Below, in pieces: positions 18,103 to 25,864 of a stretch of 64,000 bases of DNA. The stretch's first letter is position 1; every line of letters begins with the position of its first letter. Made by a program: the position numbers and the translations under genes. The notes beneath the pieces were generated by a model, which was not told where the DNA came from, ran no database searches, and was given only the letters and a program-made list of their open reading frames with translations. The stretch is taken from contig QZIL01000083.1 of NCBI GenBank assembly GCA_003599025.1, forward strand, positions 338 through 64,337. Direction: 5' to 3'. The stretch comes from Nitrospiraceae bacterium (GTDB lineage Bacteria > Nitrospirota > Thermodesulfovibrionia > UBA6902).

Positions 18103-18178
18103 GTCATACCCGCGAAAGCGGGTATCCAGAATAAAAGACTGGATTCTCCGGTCAAGCCGGAGAATGACGAGTCAGAAT
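18103..18178. repeat. Palindromic intergenic element, GTCATACC...GAATGAC variant
   Basis: The full sequence is GTCATACCCGCGAAAGCGGGTATCCAGAATAAAAGACTGGATTCTCCGGTCAAGCCGGAGAATGAC. Confidence 0.75.
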
Positions 18179-18200
18179 ATATATCAACTGTCATTTGAAC

Positions 18201-18572
18201 CTACTTCTTCTGTTTGTTCTTGTAATCTTCAATGGCCTTGTGAAGGGCGTCGGCCCCAAGGTTTGAGCAATGCATCTTCTGCGGGGGCAGACCGTCAAGC
18301 GCCTCGGCCACAGATGCCTTGGTTATCTTTGATGCCTCTTCGATGGTCATGCCTTTTGCCATTTCCGTAACCATGCTTGACACTGCGATTGCAGCTCCGC
18401 ACCCGAAGGTCTGGAATTTCACATCCGTGATGATATCGTCTTTTACCTTGATGAATATCTTCATGGCGTCGCCGCATACAGGGTTACCTTCTGCTCCTAT
18501 ACCGTCGGCATCGGTCATCTCTCCCACGTTTCTGGGATTTGTGAAATGGTCCATTACTTTTTCGCTGTACAT
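18201..18572 (-). CDS. iscU: Fe-S cluster scaffold protein IscU/NifU-like
   Basis: Three conserved Cys are present in the contexts GNPVCGDAM, FQTFGCGAAIA and MHCSNLGADAL. The protein is 123 aa. Confidence 0.9.
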   Translation of the reverse strand: MYSEKVMDHFTNPRNVGEMTDADGIGAEGNPVCGDAMKIFIKVKDDIITDVKFQTFGCGAAIAVSSMVTEMAKGMTIEEASKITKASVAEALDGLPPQKMHCSNLGADALHKAIEDYKNKQKK

Positions 18573-19753
18573 GTCGGGGCCTCCGTTTCTTCCCAGCCTT
18601 TCGAGTATGGAGATATTTCTCTCAGACGCGATATGATCTGCGGGAATGTTTCATTAAAATACGTTATATCTTCAGTGGTAGTTTCTTCGCCAAGGGTGAA
18701 CACTACCGAACCCTGAGCAAGATGAATCGGGACTCCTATCGAGATAAGGACCGGCGATGATTTCAGCGCCTTGGAACTGCAGGCAGAACCGCTTGCAGAG
18801 TAAATGCCCTTGGCAGCGAGCATCAGGAGCATGGCTTCACCTTCTATGTATTCAACGACAAAACTCGCGTGGCCCGGCAGTCTTTTATCAGGATGTCCGG
18901 TGAGTATTACTTTGTCAATCTTAAGTGTGTTACTGATTATATTATCTCTCAGTGGCCGTATATGGTCTATGCGTTTTTGTAAATCTCTCTTTGTGATCTC
19001 AGCAGCCCTGCCCATTCCCACAATTGCGGGGACGTTTTCTGTTCCGGCCCTTCGGCCCCCTTCCTGAATTCCACCATAAATCAGGGGTACGATGCGAGTG
19101 CCTTCTCTCACATAAAGGGCAGCAGCGCCTTTCGGGCCGTAAAACTGGTGTGCTGCAAAGGTCATGAGGTCGACCTTAAGTGCATCTACATCAACCGGGA
19201 TGTTGCCGGCAGCTGCCACGGAATCAGTGTGCAACAGGACTCCTTTTTCCCTGGCAATTTTACTTATCTCTGCTATAGGCTGGATGGTACCTATCTCAGG
19301 GCTTGCATGAATAATTGATATCAGAATGGTTTCCCCGGTTATAGCCTTTCTGACAGCTTCCGGGTCAACCAGGCCATGATTGTCTACAGGCAGATACGTG
19401 ACCGCAAAGCCCTGCTTTTCAAGAAAGCGTGCCGAGTTCAGCACCGAATGGTGTTCGATTTTTGAAACGATAATATGCTTACCCTTGCCCTGCAGGGCAT
19501 AAGCAATGCCTTTCAGTGCAAAGTTGTTGGACTCAGCACCGCTTGCGGTGAAGATGATTTCCTTTGACTTGGCATTAATGAGTGAAGCAGTGCTCTCCCT
19601 CGCATGTTCAATCGCCTCCCTGGCCTTAAACCCCGGTCCGTAGAGGCTTAGCGGGTTACCGTAATTCTCTTTGAAATACGGCATCATCGCGTCCAGGACA
19701 TCAGGGTGGAGCGGATTTGTTGCAACATGGTCCATATATATCTTTTTCATCAC
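18554..19753 (-). CDS. nifS: Cysteine desulfurase (NifS/IscS family)
   Basis: It has a class V aminotransferase pattern, the active-site loop SASGSACSS, and a PLP-binding region. It overlaps iscU by 19 nt. Confidence 0.9.
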   Translation of the reverse strand: MMKKIYMDHVATNPLHPDVLDAMMPYFKENYGNPLSLYGPGFKAREAIEHARESTASLINAKSKEIIFTASGAESNNFALKGIAYALQGKGKHIIVSKIEHHSVLNSARFLEKQGFAVTYLPVDNHGLVDPEAVRKAITGETILISIIHASPEIGTIQPIAEISKIAREKGVLLHTDSVAAAGNIPVDVDALKVDLMTFAAHQFYGPKGAAALYVREGTRIVPLIYGGIQEGGRRAGTENVPAIVGMGRAAEITKRDLQKRIDHIRPLRDNIISNTLKIDKVILTGHPDKRLPGHASFVVEYIEGEAMLLMLAAKGIYSASGSACSSKALKSSPVLISIGVPIHLAQGSVVFTLGEETTTEDITYFNETFPQIISRLREISPYSKGWEETEAPTCTAKK

Positions 19754-20046
19754 GACTCCTTTAGTTTTTTAATAAAAAATTTGTAATGGTCCGTATCTTC
19801 GTATATCCCCAGAAATTCATTGCCTGTCTTGCTGCACCATTCAGGGATGTCCTCCAGTGCACCGTCATAGTCTGTAAGAATTGATAGGACCTGTCCGACT
19901 TTTATTTCTTTTACCTTATCGTCCAGGGTGAGCAGATGCATCGGACACATCATATAAATAACGTCAGTTTCCGAGTCTGCCTTCATGGGTTCTCTTAAAA
20001 AATGTATCCCGCTGTCGTCCAATTGATGTGCCTCCGCCAGTGACAT
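19750..20046 (-). CDS. TusA/SirA-like sulfur-carrier protein
   Basis: The protein is 98 aa with a Cys-Pro motif (MMCPMHLL) followed by ...VGQVLSILTDYDGALEDIPEWCSKTGNEF, which is typical of the TusA fold. It overlaps the nifS start by 4 nt. Confidence 0.5.
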   Translation of the reverse strand: MSLAEAHQLDDSGIHFLREPMKADSETDVIYMMCPMHLLTLDDKVKEIKVGQVLSILTDYDGALEDIPEWCSKTGNEFLGIYEDTDHYKFFIKKLKES

Positions 20047-20052
20047 GATGTG

Positions 20053-20478
20053 CTACCTCAATAATTTTGTTTCTTCTTTTAAAAGATCATTTAAATTTAT
20101 GGTATCAAGAAAATCTTCTATCTTTTCACCGAGAGACTTCCACAATAATCTTGTAACACAGCCTTCGACCCGTTTGCAGCCTTTAGCTGAGGGGCCGAGG
20201 CACTGGGCTATAGCAACTGGTCCCTCCAGGGAACTAAGGATCAGGCCGACACTTATTTCTTCCGGTTTTTTATTTATTACATAACCTCCGCCGGGCCCTT
20301 TCTGGCTTTTTATTAATTTAGATTTCCGCAGTTTATTCAGCAGCTGCTCAAGATACGAGATTGAAACACCCTGCCGGGCAGCAATCTCCTTTATGGTGAG
20401 AGGGCCTTTTTCATAGTTTTTGGCAAGCTCAAACATTGCCCTCACACCGTACTGGCCTTTAGTGGATAGTCTCAGCAT
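20053..20478 (-). CDS. iscR: Rrf2-family transcriptional regulator (IscR-like)
   Basis: The sequence MLRLSTKGQYGVRAMFELA...LTIKEIAARQGVSISYLEQLLNKLRKSKLIKSQKGPGGGY is Rrf2-like, with Cys residues in the C-terminal half. It heads the isc operon. Confidence 0.85.
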   Translation of the reverse strand: MLRLSTKGQYGVRAMFELAKNYEKGPLTIKEIAARQGVSISYLEQLLNKLRKSKLIKSQKGPGGGYVINKKPEEISVGLILSSLEGPVAIAQCLGPSAKGCKRVEGCVTRLLWKSLGEKIEDFLDTINLNDLLKEETKLLR

Positions 20479-20483
20479 ATATA

Positions 20484-20498
20484 AGACTATAATAGTCT
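20484..20498. promoter_or_regulatory. Candidate IscR/Rrf2 operator palindrome
   Basis: A perfect 15 bp palindrome, AGACTATAATAGTCT, ends 5 nt upstream of the iscR ATG. Its core GACT-A-TAA-T-AGTC fits the core of the E. coli type-1 IscR site (GACTRWWWYAGTC), from memory. Confidence 0.45.
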
Positions 20499-20614
20499 AC
20501 TGTTATTGTCAAGTATTGGTAATTTTGGAGTTACATGAAACATGTAAAACAAATTAATCGGCGAGGCTGAACTGGTCAGAATCATATTGGACAACCATGG
20601 GGTGAGATGATTGA

Positions 20615-21622
20615 TTATCCGTAGATTGCTTTGATCGAATCGTAGGGGTCCTGAGAGTAACTTCCTGTCAACGGACCACCGGATGATAACATTGATCTGA
20701 CCATGTCTGCACATAAAGCGGCTGCTGTTCCCTCCTTGATAAATACCAGACCGTTTGGGAAAAAGACGTTGTTTCCTGCATGAAGGACCTTCTTTGCTGA
20801 GACCGTGAACTTCTCAAAGAACATTTCTCCGTCACAGGTTAGTGGTCGCAGGATAATATCGGCACTCGAAAAGGCTGTTAAAGCAGAATGAAGATCGTCC
20901 TGATCAATGAAAATCAGATTGTCCGGAATTTTCATTGAAGATGCAACCGCTTCACCAGATGATGATATTACTATTGCGGTATCTTCAGACAGATCGGATG
21001 CGGCAAGCAGTTCTCTGAGGATTTCAGAAATGAATGCAGACTGAGTAACATTCATAAATACGATGACGTTCTTTTTGTCTTTCAACCGACCTGATAATGA
21101 AGAATCGCCTTGCGGCATATTCTCAGGAACATGTATGAATGACGGGAGCAGCTCGAAATTCGGCCTCTTCCTGTACATGGTTGCAACCTCAAAGGTGTCT
21201 TTGTCGGAGAAGATTATACGGTCGGCCAGATAAAATGAAGTGAACAGGGTCTGTGTCCCTCCGAAGGGACTGCGCATCTGTCCCAGAATGGAAAAAAATT
21301 CGGAGTAGAAGGTGATGACTGATTTGGCCCCTGTAACTTTTGCAACGAAGATTGACAGCATCATTTTGAGCAGCCCGACACGAAGGTACCCCTTTGTCGA
21401 AAAATGTATGACATCCTGTTTACGGCCCAGACGAATAAGTGTCAGGAGGTAGCCGGCATCACTGCCCGGATTGATGAACCTGCTGTCAGTTGAGGGATTT
21501 TTTGAGACATTGATTGCAGAACACTTGTGACCGTCCTCAACCAGTCTGTTAAACAGGGTAATGTTGTGAAGGTTTTCCTCTTCAAAGGGAGGTGCGAAGT
21601 TACCTATTAATAATATCTTCAT
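20615..21622 (-). CDS. Hypothetical protein, weak GT-B glycosyltransferase-like N-terminus
   Basis: The protein is 335 aa. MKILLIGNFAPPFEEENLH... resembles the N-terminal Rossmann half of GT4-type enzymes. I recognise no clear catalytic motif. Confidence 0.35.
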   Translation of the reverse strand: MKILLIGNFAPPFEEENLHNITLFNRLVEDGHKCSAINVSKNPSTDSRFINPGSDAGYLLTLIRLGRKQDVIHFSTKGYLRVGLLKMMLSIFVAKVTGAKSVITFYSEFFSILGQMRSPFGGTQTLFTSFYLADRIIFSDKDTFEVATMYRKRPNFELLPSFIHVPENMPQGDSSLSGRLKDKKNVIVFMNVTQSAFISEILRELLAASDLSEDTAIVISSSGEAVASSMKIPDNLIFIDQDDLHSALTAFSSADIILRPLTCDGEMFFEKFTVSAKKVLHAGNNVFFPNGLVFIKEGTAAALCADMVRSMLSSGGPLTGSYSQDPYDSIKAIYG

Positions 21623-21628
21623 GTCCGG

Positions 21629-22438
21629 TCAGGCTGGGCTTACAATCACCTTGTCTCCGATATTGATGTTGTATTTTTCCGAAGCGCTTTCCCTGAATGA
21701 GAACAACTCGAGATGACCGAAGCTGTTTATGATTGCTGCAAGTGTATCGTTTTCATTTTCAGAATAATAATGTAAAAAGGGCAAAGGCTGATCATTATAA
21801 ATGATCCTGAAATTTTCTTTAGATTCAAGATCAGCCAGTTTGGCAATGTCATCTTTTCTGATATTGGATAAGGCATTGCCGAAATTGTCTTTAGAGATAA
21901 TCTCTCCTGTGATAGTGCCGTTATCCGCAACCACCGGTTTAGGCGCTGCAATCTTCATGTAATCATCGATTTGATCTCCCATTTTGTGAGAGTCCACTCC
22001 CTTTGAAAGCCATGCGGCTATGGGCGCAAATATGTCCCTGCCGTGAAAAGTGGAACCACTCATAGGCAGAAAATAATGAGATGCAGTCAGGTGATAGACC
22101 TTGAAAAAAGTGGACTTGAGGTCTTCAAAAACAGGTGAAAATATTCCGTTGTCAGGCCCTATGAAATAATGGTCTTCGGTGACCACGAGCAGGGGCCTCC
22201 GCATACTGCCTACGCCAGGGTCTACTACTGCTACATGGATTGTTGTTGTCGGAAAATATTTATAACTCATTGCGAGCACCTGAGAGGCCTCGAAAACATT
22301 GTGGCGCTGAATGTTGTGGGTAATATCAATAATTGTTGCACCGGGGTTTATTCCCAGGATAACGCCTTTCATCAATCCGGCAAAGGGGTCTTTCAGTCCG
22401 AAATCTGTTGTTAATGTGATGACAGGTGACTCTAACAT
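21629..22438 (-). CDS. SAM hydrolase / SAM-dependent halogenase family protein (DUF62, SAM hydroxide adenosyltransferase-like)
   Basis: The signature ITLTTDFGLKDPFAGLMKGVILGINP...IDITH and the motif VAVVDPGVGS are present. The protein is 269 aa. Confidence 0.8.
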   Translation of the reverse strand: MLESPVITLTTDFGLKDPFAGLMKGVILGINPGATIIDITHNIQRHNVFEASQVLAMSYKYFPTTTIHVAVVDPGVGSMRRPLLVVTEDHYFIGPDNGIFSPVFEDLKSTFFKVYHLTASHYFLPMSGSTFHGRDIFAPIAAWLSKGVDSHKMGDQIDDYMKIAAPKPVVADNGTITGEIISKDNFGNALSNIRKDDIAKLADLESKENFRIIYNDQPLPFLHYYSENENDTLAAIINSFGHLELFSFRESASEKYNINIGDKVIVSPA

Positions 22439-23358
22439 TGGACAGCTCCTTTTATTTCATTGATTGACTTGATACCTTCTGTCTTCATGAATGACCTGAT
22501 ACCGTTTATGATTTCTACTGTCAGGTCCGGCCGTATAAAGTTGCCGGTGCCTACTGCAATAGCGCTGGCGCCCGCAAGAATAAATTCAATAGCATCTTCC
22601 GGCGATACTATACCTCCCATGCCGATGACAGGTATCTGCACGGCCTTGTAACACTGCCATACCATCCTGACCGCAACCGGCCTGACGCAAGGCCCCGACA
22701 GGCCTCCTACAATGTTGGCAAGTCTGGGCCTTCTGGTCTTGATATCAATTGCCATTCCGGTAAGTGTATTAATGAGCGACACGGCATCAGCTCCTGCTTC
22801 TTCTGCCACTTTAGCCATAAGTCCTATATCGGTCACATTCGGAGATAGTTTAACGATGAGCGTCCTGTCAGTTGCTTTCCGCACCTCACTCACAACCTTT
22901 GCGGTGACATTCGGGTCCGTACCAAAGATACTCCAGCCGGCCTGCTTGTTGGGACAGGATATGTTCATCTCCAGTGCGTGGACACCGTCAGCAGCGCTTA
23001 ATTTATCAGCTGCCTTTACATATTCCTCTATTGAGTCGCCGAAGAAATTGACTATTACCGGGGTCTTCACCGTGCGAAGGTAGGGCAGTTTTTTCCTGAT
23101 GAAATTATCAATACCTATGTTCTGAAGCCCTATGGCATTAAGCATGCCTGAAGGGGTCTCAACAATCCGTGGAGGAGGATTGCCTTCCTTTGGTTTGAGG
23201 GACAGGCCTTTTACAACAATGGCCCCGAGTTTATTGAGGTCAATGAACTCAGCATATTCGTCGCCGTAACCGAAAGTACCGGACGCGGTCATGACGGGGT
23301 TTTTCAGCTTAAGTCTGCCGATAGACACTTCAAGGTTAATGTCTTTTATTTGGGTCAT
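22432..23358 (-). CDS. pyrD: Dihydroorotate dehydrogenase 1B, catalytic subunit
   Basis: Motifs ASGTFGYG..., ETPSGMLNAIGLQN and NISCPN (active-site Cys) are present. It is paired with pyrK upstream. Confidence 0.9.
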   Translation of the reverse strand: MTQIKDINLEVSIGRLKLKNPVMTASGTFGYGDEYAEFIDLNKLGAIVVKGLSLKPKEGNPPPRIVETPSGMLNAIGLQNIGIDNFIRKKLPYLRTVKTPVIVNFFGDSIEEYVKAADKLSAADGVHALEMNISCPNKQAGWSIFGTDPNVTAKVVSEVRKATDRTLIVKLSPNVTDIGLMAKVAEEAGADAVSLINTLTGMAIDIKTRRPRLANIVGGLSGPCVRPVAVRMVWQCYKAVQIPVIGMGGIVSPEDAIEFILAGASAIAVGTGNFIRPDLTVEIINGIRSFMKTEGIKSINEIKGAVQC

Positions 23359-23411
23359 ATTATTTATTATTATTGATCATCGTATAAATAATATCCTGTC
23401 CGCCGATTGTT

Positions 23412-23504
23412 GTCATTCCGGGCTCGTCCCGGAATCCAGACACCCTCCCCGCAAAAGCGGGGAGCCAAATTAATGAATTGGGTTCCCGCCTTCACGGGAA
23501 TGAC
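23412..23504. repeat. Palindromic intergenic element, GTCATTCC...GGAATGAC family
   Basis: The sequence is GTCATTCCGGGCTCGTCCCGGAATCCAG...GGGTTCCCGCCTTCACGGGAATGAC. It lies in the pyrK-pyrD spacer. Confidence 0.75.
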
Positions 23505-23562
23505 GCTGCTCAGGACATTTATTATCTGGCATTCTATAGTTTATAAAGCTGAGAGCTTTTAA

Positions 23563-24351
23563 TTACCATACTATATCTTCAATTGGAAACACAGGGCCTT
23601 CCCTGCAAACTCTCCTGTAACCATCTATCGTCTTTACCACACACCCCAGACATGTCCCGATTCCGCAGGCCATGTGCTGTTCCATTGCGATATGTCCTTT
23701 AAGATTCAGCTTGACAGCTGCTGCTGAAAGCGATTTCAGCATCGGTGCCGGTCCGCAGGCGAACAGTGTGTGATTAGCAATGCCTTTACCCTGACGGGCA
23801 GCGTATTTCATAAGGGCATTAACAATGTTGCCTTTTTTCCCAAACGTACCGTCATCAGTGGATATAAAAGGATCAATACCGAGCGACTTCAATTCATTAA
23901 GACAGAGCAGTTCCTCTTTTGTGCGCGCGCCATAAAACAAAAGGGGAAAGCTCTCCCTGTTTTTCACTTTTGTCAGTGCCTCAGCCAGTCCGAAGACAGG
24001 AGCAATGCCTATTCCGCCTGCGACGAGAATGACAGGCCCGGTCGGCTGTTTTAATGGGAAGCCATTGCCGAGAGGTCCGAGGACCTCCACTACATCCCCC
24101 GGTTTTTTTCTGCTGAGGATATCTGTGCCTTTGCCTGCGACACGGTAGAGAAGTTGAAAATCACCGCCAAGCCAGCGGTGCAGGCTGAGCGGTCTTTTGA
24201 GAAGGGGACCGGCCCCCTTTTCAACCTCGACCATAAAGAAGGTTCCCGGCCCTGGAGTTCTGATTTTTTCTGACGGATGGAGGGACAAAAGATAGTGGTT
24301 TTTAATAAGACGTGTGTTTCCGGTTACTGATGCCTTAAAGAGTCTACTCAA
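23563..24351 (-). CDS. pyrK: Dihydroorotate dehydrogenase electron-transfer subunit
   Basis: It has an FNR-like FAD/NAD fold and a C-terminal 2Fe-2S motif, CGIGTCLGCV...C. Confidence 0.85.
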   Translation of the reverse strand: MSRLFKASVTGNTRLIKNHYLLSLHPSEKIRTPGPGTFFMVEVEKGAGPLLKRPLSLHRWLGGDFQLLYRVAGKGTDILSRKKPGDVVEVLGPLGNGFPLKQPTGPVILVAGGIGIAPVFGLAEALTKVKNRESFPLLFYGARTKEELLCLNELKSLGIDPFISTDDGTFGKKGNIVNALMKYAARQGKGIANHTLFACGPAPMLKSLSAAAVKLNLKGHIAMEQHMACGIGTCLGCVVKTIDGYRRVCREGPVFPIEDIVW

Positions 24352-24817
24352 AGTTTATCTCTAATATTTCGAATTCAATAGTTCTTGAAGGGGCCTTTAC
24401 GACAACCGAGTCGCCCGGTTCTTTACCTATGAGAGATCTTGCCATGGGGGAGTGTATTGATAACTTGCCCGCCTTAATATCAGCCTCATCAGGGCCGACC
24501 AGCTGATAAGTTTTTTCTTCCTCTGTGTCTATGTCCATGACTTTTACTGTAGCGCCGAACGCAACTTTACTATGATTGATAGTCGACGGATCAATAACCT
24601 GTGCCCGGGCTATTTTGCTTTGCAACTCGATGATCCTTCCTTCTATAAATGACTGCCTCTCTTTCGCAGCGTGATATTCAGCATTTTCAGACAGGTCACC
24701 ATGGGCACGCGCCTCTGCAATAGCCTGAACATTCTGTGGGCGATCAACCTTCAAAAGCCTGTCGAGTTCTTCCTTGAGTTTCTGATGCCCCTGCGGGGTC
24801 ATTGGTTCTTTCTGCAT
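24344..24817 (-). CDS. greA: Transcription elongation factor GreA
   Basis: The protein is 157 aa. It has the GDLSENAEYHAAKERQ motif and a C-terminal FKBP-like domain. Confidence 0.9.
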   Translation of the reverse strand: MQKEPMTPQGHQKLKEELDRLLKVDRPQNVQAIAEARAHGDLSENAEYHAAKERQSFIEGRIIELQSKIARAQVIDPSTINHSKVAFGATVKVMDIDTEEEKTYQLVGPDEADIKAGKLSIHSPMARSLIGKEPGDSVVVKAPSRTIEFEILEINFE

Positions 24818-24868
24818 AGGTTTCCTCCAGAGTGGATTTTAACAGGCAGTAGAGGTGAAAGTAAACCC

Positions 24869-25096
24869 ATGTTCCGGCTGCTCCTGTGCTATAATTTATC
24901 AGTGAAACTATTAAAGAATCATATACGATTAAGAAAGCTTTCGGATAGAGAAGATAACTATGTTGATCTTCCACCGGATGAGCGTCTGAGTATAATATGG
25001 GACATTACTGCCGAGGTATGGTCTTTGAGGGGGAAAGAAATTGTTGAACGACGATTACAAAGAAATATTGCAAAACTTATCAAAAAACAAAGTTAA
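24869..25096 (+). CDS. Small hypothetical protein upstream of the nucleotidyltransferase (possible cognate partner)
   Basis: Only the part of the listed 24671..25096 ORF downstream of greA is plausible. ...DLPPDERLSIIWDITAEVWSLRGKEIVERRLQRNIAKL resembles small proteins ending in RLQR-type tails that I recall next to such nucleotidyltransferases. The start codon is uncertain. Confidence 0.3.
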   Translation: MFRLLLCYNLSVKLLKNHIRLRKLSDREDNYVDLPPDERLSIIWDITAEVWSLRGKEIVERRLQRNIAKLIKKQS

Positions 25097-25493
25097 GTTT
25101 CTTGTCGTTGGTGCATATGCAATGGGAGTTCACGGCTATCCCAGGGCAACAGGAGACCTGGACATATGGGTGGATGTATCTCCTGACAATTCGGAACTGG
25201 TATATAAGTCGCTAGTCGAATTTGGTGCTCCGCTTTCTCATATCAACAGGGATACCTTTATTGAAGAAGGAATAGTCTTGCAAATAGGTATCGCCCCCCG
25301 AAGGATAGATATCATTACTCAAATAGACGGCGTGGATTTCCGCAGCGCGTATGCAGAGAAGTTGGTCGTGGAGCTTGAAGGGTTGGCAATTCCTTTTCTT
25401 TCAAGAGATGACCTAATAAGAAACAAGGAATCGACCGGCAGGGAGAAAGACAGGGTTGATGTGCAGTATTTGAAAAATGCCTCAGACAAGTAA
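25041..25493 (+). CDS. Nucleotidyltransferase-fold protein (minimal NTase, DUF6036-like)
   Basis: The gene uses a TTG start with GAGGGGG upstream. The motif KFLVVGAYAMGVHGYPRATGDLDIWV is present (G-x-R-x-T-x-D-x-D). Confidence 0.6.
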   Translation: MLNDDYKEILQNLSKNKVKFLVVGAYAMGVHGYPRATGDLDIWVDVSPDNSELVYKSLVEFGAPLSHINRDTFIEEGIVLQIGIAPRRIDIITQIDGVDFRSAYAEKLVVELEGLAIPFLSRDDLIRNKESTGREKDRVDVQYLKNASDK

Positions 25494-25864
25494 ATAGCAA
25501 TTCATCACAAACATCCGGGTCCCGCCATTATCTGCATATGAAGCCCTTACCATAATAAAACAGTATCGTCAGACGCATTATTGCTTATTTGTCTGTTAAG
25601 GGAATCCAATAACCGTATAAGATAGGCACTTATTAAATATTTCTGTTAAATGACATCTGTTAAATATTTCTTTACAAATAAATAAGAATTACTTATACTT
25701 TTTTATCAGACCTGTTGCATGAATCAAAAAAACAATCTTTCCCCAGCATAATAATTAAAATCTTCAAAAGTTACGCTGTATCTCGTTTTGGATTTTGGAT
25801 TGAATGGCCGGTTTTTGAGAAAACGATCAATTCAGTTTATTAAATATATCTTGAGGGAGAGCAG

